The position numbers and the translations under genes were made by a program. The notes beneath the pieces are model-generated. The model was not told the origin of the DNA. It did not search any database and saw only the letters and a program-made list of their open reading frames with translations. Shown piece by piece: positions 1 through 45,554 of a stretch of DNA of 55,093 bases. Each line of letters opens with the position of its first letter. The stretch's first letter is position 1. The stretch comes from Chiloscyllium plagiosum (Eukaryota), in contig NC_057751.1 of assembly GCF_004010195.1 (NCBI RefSeq), forward strand, positions 16,484,572-16,539,664. The letters run 5' to 3'.

Positions 1-36
<36 letters not shown>

Positions 37-70
37 TGCCTGCCTGTCTCTGTCTCTGTCTCTCTCTCTC
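1..70. repeat. (TC)n / TCTG microsatellite
   Basis: Direct read of the sequence. Confidence 0.95.
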
Positions 71-261
71 ACTCTCCCCCCACGGGCTCACTGTTTATTG
101 TCCCCCCCCTGGCTGCCCGTTTGGTGACGAGCCTGTATTTCCCAGTCGAGGTGTGTTCATCCGTTACTGACCCGGGGTGGGGGTCAGTGTCTGTCCTGTT
201 GAGCAGCTTGTGCGCACTCCGCCCAGCGGTAAACGTTTCTCTGTCTTCCTGCCCGCTGCAG

Positions 262-31633
<31,372 letters not shown>

Positions 31634-32700
31634 GAATCTTGCCCCTCACCCAGTGGGGTGAGAACACTACAGTACCCTTTGGCCCACCACTACTGAAGTT
31701 CAGCTGATGCATCACTGCCTCGTGTTGTTGACAGTGCAAAGCTGATGGCAGATGTCTGTGTGGACCGTGCGAGAAGGAGATCCATCCAGACCCATTGTAA
31801 AATGCCACCTCCCATCTTTAGAGTTTGAAATACCTTTGGAACACCACTATACTGACCAGGTTGGAAAGGCTGGCAAGCGGGAAGAAAGCAAATTCTCTAC
31901 CATCAATGGTTGCCAAAGCGAATTCTCTACCATCAATGGTTGCCAAAGCGAATTCTCTCCCATCAATGGTTGCTAAGGCATCAGCAGGGTAATCTTTTAC
32001 TATGAATTTCTGGATTTCAAAACATTGGAAGGCAAATGATGTGGAAGACTTCAGCGCAGCAATTAGCCCCAGGCCACTAATTGCAGACGTTTTCTTTTTT
32101 TCAGCTGAGGAATGGTGTGGATTATTCTCTACATTCACTTTTGAAGTGAGGACTGATATCTTGGGAGTCAAATGCCACGTACAGAACCTCCTTCCCAAAG
32201 TACAGTGGCTTTCCTGGAACCCTGCACTTTTGTTCATGTAAAAAACAAAGAGATGAATGAGCATCGACACTGACTCCTGAATTATTGAATAGCACGCAAA
32301 AAAAAAAGGACCAATTATTAAATTTTTGAAAAAAAAAAGCACAAGAGATTCTAAGTGTGTAATGTAGGAATACCACAGCACTGAAGAGAAAGAGCTCTCT
32401 TCTTCCCTACATTTCACAACCTGTGAGTAAAGATATTGGACATCACATGATTTGAATATAAAAGCAGTACACAGAGGTGATGAAATGACAGAGTACTGCG
32501 TTGTTATTCCATTTTGATGAACGCATACCTTTTGACCATTTTTGTTCTTTTGTATATTTGAAAAATACATTTCCCTAATTTTAATGGAGACTTATCTGAA
32601 CACATCAGTACTGTTCTACACGTTGTAGTTTTTTCACCAAGTGTACGTGGTACTGAAATTCAGCTTGCTTCCTCTTTTAAGTACCTTTTAAATGGTCCTT
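31634..32700 (+). other. Proximal 3' UTR of the ZMIZ gene (true end not determined)
   Basis: Follows the stop codon; unique AT-rich sequence with A/T runs; poly(A) site not identified. Confidence 0.6.
31885..31973 (+). repeat. 30-bp tandem repeat, ~3 copies, in the 3' UTR
   Basis: aaagcgaattctctaccatcaatggttgcc repeated. Confidence 0.92.
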
Positions 32701-32719
32701 CAGCAAAACAATTGACAAC

Positions 32720-33800
32720 CTAGAGGTCTACAGCATGGAAACGGGCCCTTTGGACTAATATGCCCATGCCCCCCCACTTTTCACAATGAAACTAGTCCCA
32801 TTTGTCTACCTTTGGTCCATATCCCTCCATACCTATCCCATCAATGTACCTGTCTAAATGTTTATGAAATAATGAAATTGTACTGGTTTCCATCACCATC
32901 TCTGGCAGCCCATTCCCGATACTCACCAAGTGTGAAAAGCTGCCTTTCTGAACCCTTTTGTATCTCCTCTAGTTTTAGACTCCCCTACCTTGGGGAAAAC
33001 CTGTTGATTATCTACCTTATCTATGCCTCTCATGATTTTAAAGGTCACCCCTCATGCCCATATGCTCCAGGGAAAAATAGTCCCAGCCTATCCAACCTCT
33101 CCTTATAACACAAACCTCCCATTCCAAGTAATATCCCTGTAAATCTTTTCTGGACTGTTTCTAGTTTAAGATCTACAGCAGAGCAACCTGAACAGCACTC
33201 CCAATGTGGCCTCACCAACAAGCCATCCTATCTCTTACACCCAGTGCTCTGAGCGATGTAAGAAAGCATGGTGAAGGCCTTTGTCACCATTCACTTTAAA
33301 CGCACTTTAACCAAAAGTCTTTTCCCTCCCTTTACTGTGTCCCTGGCCACCTTGAACAGTAAACATGCTCTCGATGAGTAATGTATTTTCCCCTGCCTAA
33401 TTAGTTTAAACCTTGCTAGTGTTACCCAGGAAATCTCCCTGCAAGGATATTGCTCCCCCTTTCGGTTCAAATGCAACCTGTCCCTCTTGTACAGGTCATG
33501 TCTACTCCAGAAAGGATCCCAAAGATCCAAGAACTGAAAATCCTGCCCCCTACACCAGCTCCTCAGTGAAGCATTCATTTGCCTATCTCTCCATTTCTGT
33601 CCTCACTGGCACGTGGCACTGGGAGTAATCCAGAGGTGACAATCCTTCAGGTTCTACTTTTTAAACTTCTTACCTAACTACCTGTAATCATTTTGTAGGA
33701 GCCCATGCCTTTGCCTACCTATGTCACTTGTAACAATGTGCACAATGACCTCTGGCTGTTCATCCTCTGCCCCCTTTAGAACGTTCTGCAACTTCTCAGA
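32720..33800 (-). mobile_element. CR1 fragments (3' tail and ORF1 esterase piece)
   Basis: Minus ORF 33291..33578 contains FLDLWDPFWSRHDLYKRDRLHLN; CR1 tail reverse complement at 32720-33290. Confidence 0.8.
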
Positions 33801-36800
33801 AGAGCTGAGAAACACCAGTGTTACTGAATTATACATAGCAACACACTTACACCAGGTTCTCTGTGACCTGCTGGACAGTCATCATGACTGTACCAATATC
33901 ACAGCTGTCATTCACTTTAATACTGCATGAAAAGCAACATCTTTATACAATTTACAACAAAGGAGTTGGTTCAAAAACAGTAGTCATTGTGTGAAAAAAA
34001 AACTTTTAAAATTTTCTGTATATGCAGATATTTTTTGGTGGATGTGATATTAATTTCAAGATATTCATGAGATATTAAAGGTGGCTCAGATAATTAAGTC
34101 AATTGTGTGTAGATCTGGGTTTTAGGTTTATTGAATTCATCTCCTGTGTTAGGATTTTTCTGGGGATGTACTAACCTCAGAGACGATAAATGCTAATTGT
34201 TTTTTAAATTTCTATTTTTAATGTAATATAATTTAAAAATCAAATTATGTGAAACAAATAAATGAGATGCAAAACAAATGCACAATGAGAAAAAAGACAG
34301 ATTGCCATTTAGATGGAACTCCTAATAAAACTGACACCCTCCACAGCCATAACCAAAATATAGAGGGGGCATGAACTGGTAAAAACAGACAATTTTCATA
34401 AAGGTACAACAAATTAGTTGAATAGCAAGAGAGACAGAGGACATTCATAAGTTGTAAGGGTCAGGCTAACGGATTGGATAAAGTAGAGTTAAACATCCCT
34501 GAACGTGGAGAGAGCAATGAAATGTAAATAAAAGTTAACAGCACGGGGGACCAGGATAGTAGGTTCCAGTTGAAGTAAGGACCTGTTGTTATTGCTGTTT
34601 AAGGGATCATCTGTTGTGCTGAGAGGGAAGAGATGCTGTCCAGAGGGGTAGAGAGTGATGAAGACAGCACATTGTTCTAATGGTCAGGTTTTGCTTTTCT
34701 TAATTCTCCCATGTTTACTTTTAATTAACTGAGCACCATTTCCTGAGTAAAGGTTCAAGCAGGCAGCTGCCCCTGAGGCTGCCTCATTGTCACAAAGTGC
34801 TGAAGGGTTGTGGAGGAGGACTTGATCTCTGAGTTTACCTCCCTCCGTTTCTGCTGGTGCTTTCTGTGCACTCCCCCTATTCCTCAGCCAGTATATTCTT
34901 CTCGAGGTGCTGTAAAAGGTTAAATCATCATTGTCTTATCACACCACAGGAGTGCTCTCTCAGAGAGAGAGAGAGAGAGAGAGATATTTAGGAGACTGTA
35001 TCAAACAGTAATGTTGAAGACATTAATCTCCTAATTAATATCCATGGCTCAGTGATAAGCGAGATGAGAAGTTAACATTTAGTCATTTCATGTAGTTTCA
35101 TGAACATTTTAAATCTTTCTTGATGGTTTCCTGTGTGTTGACACTGTACCAGTTACAGTAAAACATGTACTGTCCCAATAATGCACTGCATTATTGTGCT
35201 GTACTGTTGTTTTCATGGCTGTGAAACTATATTGACATAACTAGATATTTTGATTAAACTTTAACTACACTTTAATAGGACATTCTAACAAACGTTATTC
35301 TGATAAGTGAGTCAGGCTGTCCGTGAATAGCTGAATTTCCATTAATGAAGACTGAATAAAAACAGCAATATCCAAATGTACAATATAACCCTAGCAGTCA
35401 AACAGTTATCCTTGTTCCAGTTTATCTGCCCTGTTCCCATATCCTCATATTCCCATTTTCCTTCAATCACCGGCCTATCTCATGTTTTAACATTAACTCC
35501 AGTGGTACATTCCACTGTCGCACGAGCCTCAGTGTCAACAGATTTCTGAATCAGGGACCTGTCTCTGTCTGCCTTTATTTTTTGTTCACCCTATCCTCTT
35601 GCAGCACTCTTTGGCCCTCAGATTCCACTTCCTGCGCCTCCCTATCTTTCTGCAGATTTGGATATCATGCGAGTTCTGGGCTTATACCCAAATATTCAGA
35701 TATAAAGTGAACAAACGTAGCACAGTACATGTTGGTTTTGCTCTGGGTCTATCTATCGCTACCTAAAACATAACTATTGTTTTCATTTCTCTAAGGAACA
35801 ATATATATTTCCCATCAGATCTTGTAATTTGTCCTCCTTGTTTGGTCATTAATGTGGACTCTGTTCAGCTGGCTCCCATGCTACTTAACGTGCTACCTCT
35901 CCACTCACAATCAGTCTTCGGTTTTAAGGTGTGTTGAAAATGTTGCTAATGTTATCATCAATACAGTAACAACAATACAACACACCCTCACTCAAAATTC
36001 TACTTCTGATAATTGTAAATTAAACAGAAGATTGTTTCTATAAATTCTACCAATGCATATCGTTCTGTAATTTCTTCATAATGTAATTGCAATCTAGAAA
36101 ACTGCCACCATAATTCTGGTCGGAGACTGACTGCTGGACATGGTTTACAAAATGTAACTTGCTGTAGAACATATACCAAATGTTGTGTGCAGATAAAACC
36201 CTTTAAGTATTCTAATAGAACAATGCTTTGGAAGAAAATCATTTCATTTCTTTACAAGTGCCAATAAACCTTCTGATTTGGGGAAAATTATTTTTTATAT
36301 ATACACATATGAATGTTCCTGTTTTATTACACTGCTCATCTTACTTTTGGAGTGCTTTCAAATTATAGGACTAAATTATCTGGAAAATTTGAATCAATTC
36401 TGTTTTTAAGTACCAAAACAATTGTCTTTTTTGCATGTTCCTGATTCACACTGTATATAATGATTTGTGATAGTCTCTGTTCTGATGTACTGTTGCTGTT
36501 TAGTTATATGTTCTAAATGGTTCAGCACCAAAAGAAAAGGGCTGGGAACGTCATCTTTATGTTTAAGATTAATTCTCAAGTCAGCATTCATTTCAAAACA
36601 ATCGTTTTTTGAAAATATATTTCAGTGTTTGTCTTGCCTTTCATGACGGCTGGACTTCATCTCGGGTACAGTCTGAGAGCTGACTGCCGTCAATTAGTTT
36701 TTTTTCCAGGTGACCATTCTTAACACATGAAGCTTTACAGCAAGTCTCAATAAACCTTTTGACCAATGTTGTCAAACTTCATGCTAACTTCAGCTAGTCA

Positions 36801-39800
36801 CCACAAACACATGCCTTTCTATCACGAGGGACCGGACAGTAAACGGTAATGGGAATTTTGGCTCTTTTTTTCCTCCCCTCTCTTGCTGTCAGATCTTTAA
36901 TATTATAAATGACCCAAATCTTATTCTCACTCACTACTAACTGCACAAGAGCAAGAATTTGATCTGGAAACTTGTCTGTATGGCTTGGTTGTACGTTGTT
37001 CAGCAATACGGAAAAAAAAAATTCCTTTCTATTAAACCTCAGAAAGAATCTACTCTGGATTCAATTTTCTTTGGAAGTCTTCCCTGGTGTTATATATATT
37101 TCTATCTAGTTTGAATCTGGATTCACTAGCATGTGTGTAGAATGTCAGAATCTTTGGAGTCTATGAAACATTCACACCCTGTATCAAAGGTTCCGAACTG
37201 TAGACCTGAAGTGGAATAATTACAAATAACTTTTGTTTTCAGAATAAAGGTGGAACAGTTCTTGTCTGTATGTCCTTGCATTAATAAAATTGATATTTGT
37301 TCTGGACATTGTGCATTTTTAGGTTCCTTTGCAATGTATTAAAATATTTAGTTTGCCTTACTTCCTTGGTTCTGAGATCTGCCATTCTGTGAAACCTATG
37401 AAGAAATAAAAATGGCACATCAATAGACGCAATTACAATTTTAGATTACCTGACAATGTATCAAACATTGTTAGGGGAGATACAGTAAAAGCAGGATGCA
37501 GTACAAATTACATCAACTTTATCCTTTATTTAGAATCTGAATAATTGAAATATTGCAATGCAGAGGGGGCTATGGAGGACCTCTGCTCCCAAGCTGGCTC
37601 TAATGTCTAGTGTTGATCTTCTCCCTGCACACCTTTACTATCCAAAAGCCTTTCTTTGCCCAACTGAGCCTGATAATAATATATAAATATGCTGCAGTTT
37701 AAAATTCAGAAAAGTGACATTTTAGTTTTTCCCAGATCAGTCTCTTGTAGCCACTGAGTTGAGATTTCTAGTTCATTGGGTCCTGAATGAGTTAACAGTT
37801 TTGTCCCTTGGACCTGTGGTCACTGGGATTGAAACTTTTCAAGTTAATTTCATTTATGATCTTTAATAACCATCATGAGAAAACACACCTGGATTCCCAC
37901 ATCGGGTATGAATCATCATTTGCACAACCTATCTACAACAAATACCCACACCTTCCAAATACTCCACAACTTTTAAATAATGTCATGTGGCACAGTCATG
38001 CAACAAACTATTAAAGGCTAACTTCAACTTATTCAGTAAATTGTTTTTGAACTTTTAAAGTATGACCCCACTTATTTGCAGTCAAATGCCTTGAAACGTG
38101 AAGGATGAGGTGAAGTGACAATAAAGATAAAAGATCAAATAAATATATAATTACTTTTGTTAACGTTGTGGGAATTAAGAATGTAACGTTTAAGGTACAT
38201 CATGGTCCTTCTAGAATTAAACAAGCCAATGAATTTTGGTGATAATGAGCTAGCAACCTAATGGTCACAAGCTCTACTCTGGGGAAGGGTCTAGTACACA
38301 CACTGAGCTGCACGTGATTCTTAACACATTTCAGGAAAAACAGGAATGGGCAGTAAATACTGTCAAGTGTTGTCCACATCCCAAAAACAAATGGTGTTGA
38401 AAGGCAGGCTTTCTTCTTGCAGTGACAATAAAATATAAAAGACTTGCAAGCAATTGAATTGGTGACTCAGAACTTCTTAAAGTTAACATAAGTCTAGCTT
38501 GCAGTTATATCTTAGTGGGTGCAAAGATACTTACTGGTCTTACATTTCTTCACAAGTATGTTCTGGGTCATTGTACGTACATTGCACTGATGGTGCCTAG
38601 TTTGTAATAATGCAAAGCTGGAATGGCTTTCCGTCTGCACACATTCCAACTCGTGAGAAAATCTGAAGACTCAGAGTATATCCTAATCCTAAAGGCAAAC
38701 TCCCATAATTGTGGCTTTTCCAGCAACACATTTTTAAGCTCTGATCTCCAGCATCTGCAGTCCTCACTTTCTCCTAGCAATATTTTAATGCTCTATCTTA
38801 GTCATTAGCATCTTTTAAAAAAGATTTGCTTTTCTTTGCTCTATTGCTGCATTGCTAAAAACACCACAAACTAAGCCATATTGACCAGAAGGTACTGTAC
38901 ACAAATCAATGTCTCTGCTAATTTATAAGGACATATATGTGCTCCAGTGTTAAGGCAGGCTAACTGCTCAAAATGAGGATAAGATCTGGGTAACTAAAAT
39001 GTTTCTCGGATTCAAATAGCAAGGTACAAGGCACTAAGGTGAGGTACGAGAATGTAAACAGGACGTGACCTGCTTGTTCAGGTGAAGAGAGTAAAAACCA
39101 AATCAAGAAAATAAATACCTTTTGCCAGCGTTCTTAAACACAGGATAAACATGAACTGGACAGGATGGCTGTTTAGGTTCCGAAAGGTTAAGGGGAGTGC
39201 TGTCACCCAAACTGACTAATTTTGAGTACTTTCAAACGAAACTGACTGCTACTGTACATACTATCACCAAAAATGATATTCCATGAACTTGGAGCTGAAT
39301 ACTTATGGACTAGAAATATCTCAAAAAGCAGTATATTTCTTGATTCCCATTTAGTGTTTAAACCAGACTCTGAATCACAATGACCCTGTAATACACGTTC
39401 TGCAAGAAGTAAGACAACAGAAATATGTACACAGCCAACACAAAGGATTCTCCCAAGTTATTCTCATCTTTGTAAATAATGTGACCAATTGCTGATGGAC
39501 TAGTGGCAGCTTGCTAAGAGCTGTACTAACTATGCAGAACAGCCTATTTACAGATTTCAACTGGGGTTTACAGTTCCATCAGCATCCGTCCATTCATCTT
39601 ACCCATCAATGGCCATTAAGTGCTCTTCAGGTACCTGCAGTTAGCCTTGCTACAATATCAATCGCTATTTACTTCCTGATTCACATGATTGCCTGACAGC
39701 AGCTTCCAGTTTATGTAACTGGCGATATAAATCTGGTACAAAATAAATTAGGGCTGAATTAGAAGATGCACAACATTGATATGACATTTATACTCTGAAG

Positions 39801-42209
39801 ATCTGAAAAATAAAAGGCCTTAAAAAAAATGGCGAATATTCAATCTTTCCTCTTGGAATCTTCATTATTTACTGGTGACATCAGCATAAATCTAAAAAAA
39901 AAAGGAAAGATCCTACAGACCACGTCAAAAGCAACGGCTTTTGAATAAATGGCATGTTGGTTGTCATCTAGGGATAAATGCATACTATGGCAAAATGTTT
40001 CCATTAAAAACCACATGAGAATACATACATGTGTCTGAAGGCAACATCGTTTAAAAGGCACAATTAACATTGCCTTTGGCAAAAATGTAAGTAATCTACA
40101 AAGAGAAAAGAATTGAGAAATTTTAACGAATATTACAGTTTTATATTACATTTTCTTATTTCTTTGTGTGTTATTTTTGCCATTGTATTTGTATGTACAC
40201 ATACCTGTTTATAAGTACATACATATTTAGGTCATGTAATTTGGTACAAGGTATTGTTATTCTGGTATGGTATCCAGCTGCTATCTAAACTTTAATGTAA
40301 CCAAGATATTGGTACAGAGAACCAGCAACTGCTATTCAGAAATGAAAGACATAGCAGGTCCATTTAATAAATTAACCAACTATATCTTTCTAAGGTGCTA
40401 CAAAAAGGAAAATGTAAATTAAGATGGAAATAGAGTGATAAAGTAATTTTGTGAAAAAAATTGTTCTTTTTAACATTTCCATACAGTAAATGAAAACAGG
40501 AAAAATGTCTGCATGTAACTGCTAAATGCTGCACTTGTCCATACACTGTGTTTCTTGTTCCTTACCTCTATACTTGACGCTGAGGGAAGCCGATTGTTAT
40601 TTTTAAAAAGGTTCAGAGGAAATTGTACGTAGCTTGGTGATATGACATATTCATCTAATAAACGTATTTATATAACACTGCTATGTATTTTCTCACTTTC
40701 ATTAATATTGCTGTCAGTATGGAAAGCTTTTTGTGTCAACTATTTTTAAAATCTTACACGTACTTTACTTGTTGTTTGTAACTAAAACTGTTTGATGTAC
40801 TTTGCCCACGCAACATCTGGTTACAGGTTTTTCAGATGGTAAATTGCATTAGTGAGGGACAAACTCAATTTTCACCCTTTTATCTCTGGTAGGCAAGTCA
40901 TCGCCTGGTTGCGTTCCAGTTCTGAGAATCAGATCAGTCATAAAAGAGCCCATTATGTGCCAATGCGGAGGATGGAAGGAGTGACGGTGAGAAGTTGCTC
41001 CTCCAACGACAACACAGTTCTCTCCTGTGCTTGCTGTCACTCGGTTTATAAGCAAGGCTAAGGCAGGAGCGGAGGAAAAGCCTGTGACTGGATTAGTAAG
41101 ACGTTGCTGGGGAGGTCAGTGCTGGTGCGAGGGAATAGTTGAGGGAGTATTTTGCCAGGAACCAGGGCTAGCAGCTGGCAAGGGAGAGTTGAGGTCAAGG
41201 AGCTGAAGCTGGGAGCTAATGGAAGTGCCAAGAATCACCAGGGTGAGAGATCTTTTGCTGAGACTGGAACGGCCTTTTAATAGGTCTGGGAGTTCTAACT
41301 GTGGGAACTCTGGGATAGGGGTGTCGACCTGAGGGTGTCAGAGTTAGCGGTGAAGGTTTATGCAGGAGGGTTAGGGAGCGAGAAGAAAGTGTTGGGGGTG
41401 GGAAGGAGGCAAGAGAGTGTGTGAGAGAGACAGAGAGCAAGAGAGGGAGTCACACAAAATTTAAAACTGTCAATAAAAGAATTCTTAGCCAACTGGATCC
41501 AAGAAAATTGTAAAATGATTGAAGCAACAATTCTTTGCAAACATATGTGGAATCTCTAGTTTAGGGCTGCATAACCTCAAGAGTTACAATACTTAGAAAA
41601 ATGTGGTGGATCCTACTAAATGCACACTGTCAATTGTTAAATTTAAATTTGAGATTGACATGCAATAAATAGGGTTATAGCTGTTTGGTTTAAAAATTTG
41701 AGTTGTGTGTATATACAATGGAAACACATTAGCTGTAACCTCTGCAGTTTACAGGAGATGTGTTAAAGTGATGGTTTTTAAAGAGTGTAGAACTGTTTGT
41801 CAGTTATTTTGAAAAATAACTTTTGTTAACTTACGTGCATTGCCTTGTACCAATTCAAATAGTGTGGTGTCGAGGAAGTTAATGTCTTCACAGAATGTGT
41901 TGTGTATTTAGGATTATTGGAGAGTTAATTATTGAGGATACTGATGGAATTATTCTAATTCTGCTTCTGAGAGAGAGTCCAAATACCCTGCATGTCAACA
42001 CAACCAGAGAAGGTATTATTGCCACATGGCAGCATCATTTAATTAACGGGAATAAAAACGTGCCCTCTGAAAATTAAAATGTAGCCCTTGAAAATATTTG
42101 AAGAGGGGCCCTCAAAGACAAGAGCGGCATTTGACCCCTATCCTACAATACCACAGCAATAAAAGTTTGTTTAATTCATTTTTGGAATGCATAAATAATT
42201 TGTTCAAGC

Positions 42210-42920
42210 ACATGTATGGAATGAGCTGCCAAAGGAAGTGGTGGAGGCTGGTACAACTGCAACATTTAAAAAGGCATCTGGATAGATATATGAATAGGAA
42301 GGGTTTAGGGGGATGTGAGCCAAGTGTCGGCTGATGGGACTCTAATTTGGGATAGCTGGTCGGCATGGACGGGTTGGACCGAAGGTAAAAACAATGACTG
42401 CAGATGCTGGAAACCAGATTCTGGATCAGTGGTGCTGGAAGAGCACAGCAATTCAGGCAGCATCCGAGGACAGGCAAAATCGACGTTTCGGGCAAAAGTC
42501 TTCATCAGGAACTGATGAAGGGCTTTTGCCCGAAACGTCGATTTTGCCTGTCCTCGGATGCTGCCTGAAGGGTTGGACCGAAGGGTCTGTTTCTGTGCTG
42601 TACTTATCTAGAGGAGAAAGTGAGGTCTGCAGATGCTGGAGATCAGAGCTGAAAATGTTTTGCTGGAACAGCGCAGCAGGTCAGGCAGTATCCAGGGAAC
42701 GGGAGAATCGACGTTTCGGCCATAAGCCCTTCTTCAGGGCTTATGCCCAAAACGTCGATTCTCCTGTTTCCTGGATGCTGCCTGACCTGCTGCGCTGTTC
42801 CAGCAACACATTTTCAGCTCTGTACTTATCTAGGTCAGGCAAACGGGACTAGATTAATTTAGGATATCTGGTCAGCATGAAAGAGTTGGACCGAAGAGTC
42901 TGTATCCATGCTGTATGAGG
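42210..42920 (+). mobile_element. CR1 tail with two palindromic hammerhead-bearing insertions (42386-42569 and 42612-42819)
   Basis: Target-site duplications gggttggaccgaagg and ctgtacttatctag. Confidence 0.82.
42512..42541 (+). ncRNA. Minimal hammerhead ribozyme core motif (stem I disrupted at the inversion junction)
   Basis: CTGATGA-A-GGGC-TTTT-GCCC-GAA-AC-GT-C; mirror copy on the minus strand at 42479-42508. Confidence 0.6.
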
Positions 42921-43794
42921 TATCCCTTTTATGTTTTTTCAGCAATCGCAGAAAGGTGATAATTTAAAGGGCTCAATTTATTCACAGCTAACAAGCTTGT
43001 TACACAGCTTCACAGTTTGGGGGAAACCAGAACAGCCACAAAATGCTTACCTTTTCACTCTTTGTCTGTTTCTTCCCTGGTCTTCTCTTTATCCTTACTT
43101 AGTTAGTTGGTTTCTGTGGCTCTCTCAATTGACTACACCATAGCATTCCTGCCTCTCTATGCTTTCCTGTTGCCGTGCAGAAACGAGGGACTGCTTGCAT
43201 TATGATTTTAACAATTATAGGACTTTTTTGAGCTACAGATTACGCTCCTATGCTGCTACTTTACTGCTGCCTACTTTTTTAAAAGGAGTTTAAAAAAGCA
43301 CTTTTTAGAACTATTTTCCAATGTAACCTCCTTTTAGTGTGAAAGTTAACTTGTCCGTAGATGGCAATAAAAGATCACTAAAGCAGCATGGTGACATTCC
43401 ATACATAATGATTAAAGTTCAAGTACTAAAGATCAACTTGTAAAATATCAAATAAATACTTAAAACAGTACTTTTAAAATACTTTGTAGAAATATTATTT
43501 TATGAACTCACCAGTCCATTACTTCATCTGAGCTACTTCAGCTCATGGACTTTAGCCTGCAGGCTGAGAGTGCTAGAGTCCAGGTCATTCTGCAGAACCA
43601 AGGGAGTGAGCTTCAGCTCAGACAGGTTGCAGCTCAGCAATGGAGGCATCGTTCATAGTTTGCAGAAGACTGAATGCAGACTGTGGGTGCTTTTAAGAGG
43701 AACATTTGACAGTCACTGGCCACTGAGTTACTGCTGAAAGACAATTCAGGTGGCAGGAGTCCGTGGCCCAGAGGAGGGGAAAGCGAGAGACAGA

Positions 43795-44155
43795 ATCTGA
43801 GACTTTTTTCAGTGGAGCATAGGAGTTTGAGAGCTAAACTTAGAGATTTTTAAGATCCCAATGGTGGAGACCAGAGGCATACTTTAAGGTGAGAAGGGAA
43901 AGATTTAAAAAGGATGCGTGAGGCAACTTTCTTTTTAAACACAGTGGTTCGTGTGTGGAATGAACTTCCGAATGAAGCAGTGGATGTGGGTACAGTTATA
44001 ATTTTTAAAAGATATTTAGATTAGTACATGAATCAAAGGTCTGGAGGGATATGGGCCAATCGAGTCTGGTGGGACTAATCGATCTTGGGAGTATGTACAG
44101 CATAGACCAGTTAGACCGAAGGGTCTGTTTCCTGTATGACCCTATGAATCATAGA
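43795..44155 (+). mobile_element. CR1 3' tail fragment
   Basis: Similar to 26000-26395, ending gaccgaagggtctgtttcc..atgaccctatga. Confidence 0.75.
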
Positions 44156-45554
44156 AGTGTCAAGGCGCAGAACGAAGCTTTTTTGGTCTATCACGCTTGA
44201 ACCGGTTTTATTCCCTAATATTAATATCCTGCATAAACTGGCAATGCCAGGGTTGGAAACCACCTGTAATGATCTCTGTAATTGCACAGTTTCAAGGAGG
44301 GAAAGCTTGCAATCCTCAGTGATCCAACGATGTCACGATCTACTATGGAAGCTGCTGAGGTTGACCTCTCTGACCCCAAAGTATGGCAACTTGAGGGAAA
44401 TTAGTTCAATCCATCCTCTCAATTTCTATTAGCACACCTTTTGTGGGAAATGTTGTCGGCCCAACCAGGGATTGTAAAGAATAAAAGCCACAGGTTGACT
44501 CAGGAACAACTCTCAGTACCTTGCTGAGAAATTAGACTGCAGTGATCTATTAGGAGGTCTGAATCCCGTTAAGCGTAATATTTTTAGGCCTCGGGGCAGT
44601 CCCCGAGTTGATGATCACTGGCAGGTCACAATGGCAGCAGGCCCACCAATACGAAATGCTTTTATATATTAATGCACTTGTTTCAGCTTTAAAACCAGTC
44701 CAAGCAAGTAATTTCCTGATATTAGATGGTAAGCTAACTGGTGAACAATTCCCCAGTTTGCTCCTCTCAACTTTCTTAAATATCCTCATCCAAAGTAATA
44801 CAGCAGCTATGTAAAGCTCAGAAATAGACCCTTCAGTCCAACTCGCCCACTAGATATCCCAAATTAATCCAGTCCCATTTGCCAGCATTTGGCCATTACC
44901 GCTCTTCAGGTTTCCAATCCGAAGGGATGGTACCTGAACTGAGAGAACTTAGGAAAATTCACACCTGAGATAATCTCACTTACTTCCTTCAATTTTAGGA
45001 GATCGGAACCATCTGGACACTGATCATTCTTTACTGTCTGTCATTCCCCACCCCCAACCTTTTCTTACAGTTGATACTTTGCTTTTGTTCATTTTCATCT
45101 GTCCCAGTTCCTGATTCAAAGTTCATTTCCTTGGGATTTCCTGTGCACTGACTTAGTCACCGCTCTGCCATTTTCTTATTCTCACCCGTAACCTCATAGC
45201 TGCCAGTGTGAAGGGGCCCACATTGTTTGTGATGCTATAATTGAAAAATATTTGGTGTTTATTTATCTCTTGCAAGTTACTTCGCGTGCTGTTTTTTTTG
45301 GAGCTCTTCATCTGTTTTGTCTGCCTTCGTTGGTTCATGTGTCTATCCCAACTGTCAGAATAAGTGCTACTTCTTGTATGTTTGCTCACTTTTACTTTCT
45401 TTCGTTGCCTTTAGCAACCACAGTTTTTTTTGTTAAGTAGGGCTCTTACTGCTTAGGGATAGAAACTGGCTCTGTATCATTTTGTAAACTTCTTTGACCA
45501 TTTCTCACTGATGCTCTCTTGCCCAGTTTACTGCAGTCAGCCTTATTTAAATAC

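Noticed and set aside
31818..32570. 250-aa minus-strand ORF with ALATIDGREF repeats
   Set aside because: Antisense to the 3' UTR; the peptide repeats come from the 30-bp DNA repeat; no recognisable domain
35176..35196. Short perfect hairpin caataatgca-c-tgcattattg
   Set aside because: Too short for a pre-miRNA and plausible by chance in AT-rich sequence
37555..37575. CTCF-like motif gcagagggggcta (also ccgtagatggca near 43355)
   Set aside because: A partial motif match alone cannot support a binding-site call
39860..40654. Possible minus-strand exons (40566-40654 EYVISPSY..SSIE spliced to IYADVTSK* near 39890)
   Set aside because: Good donor but weak acceptor, no recognisable homology and no consistent upstream exons; expected by chance in AT-rich DNA
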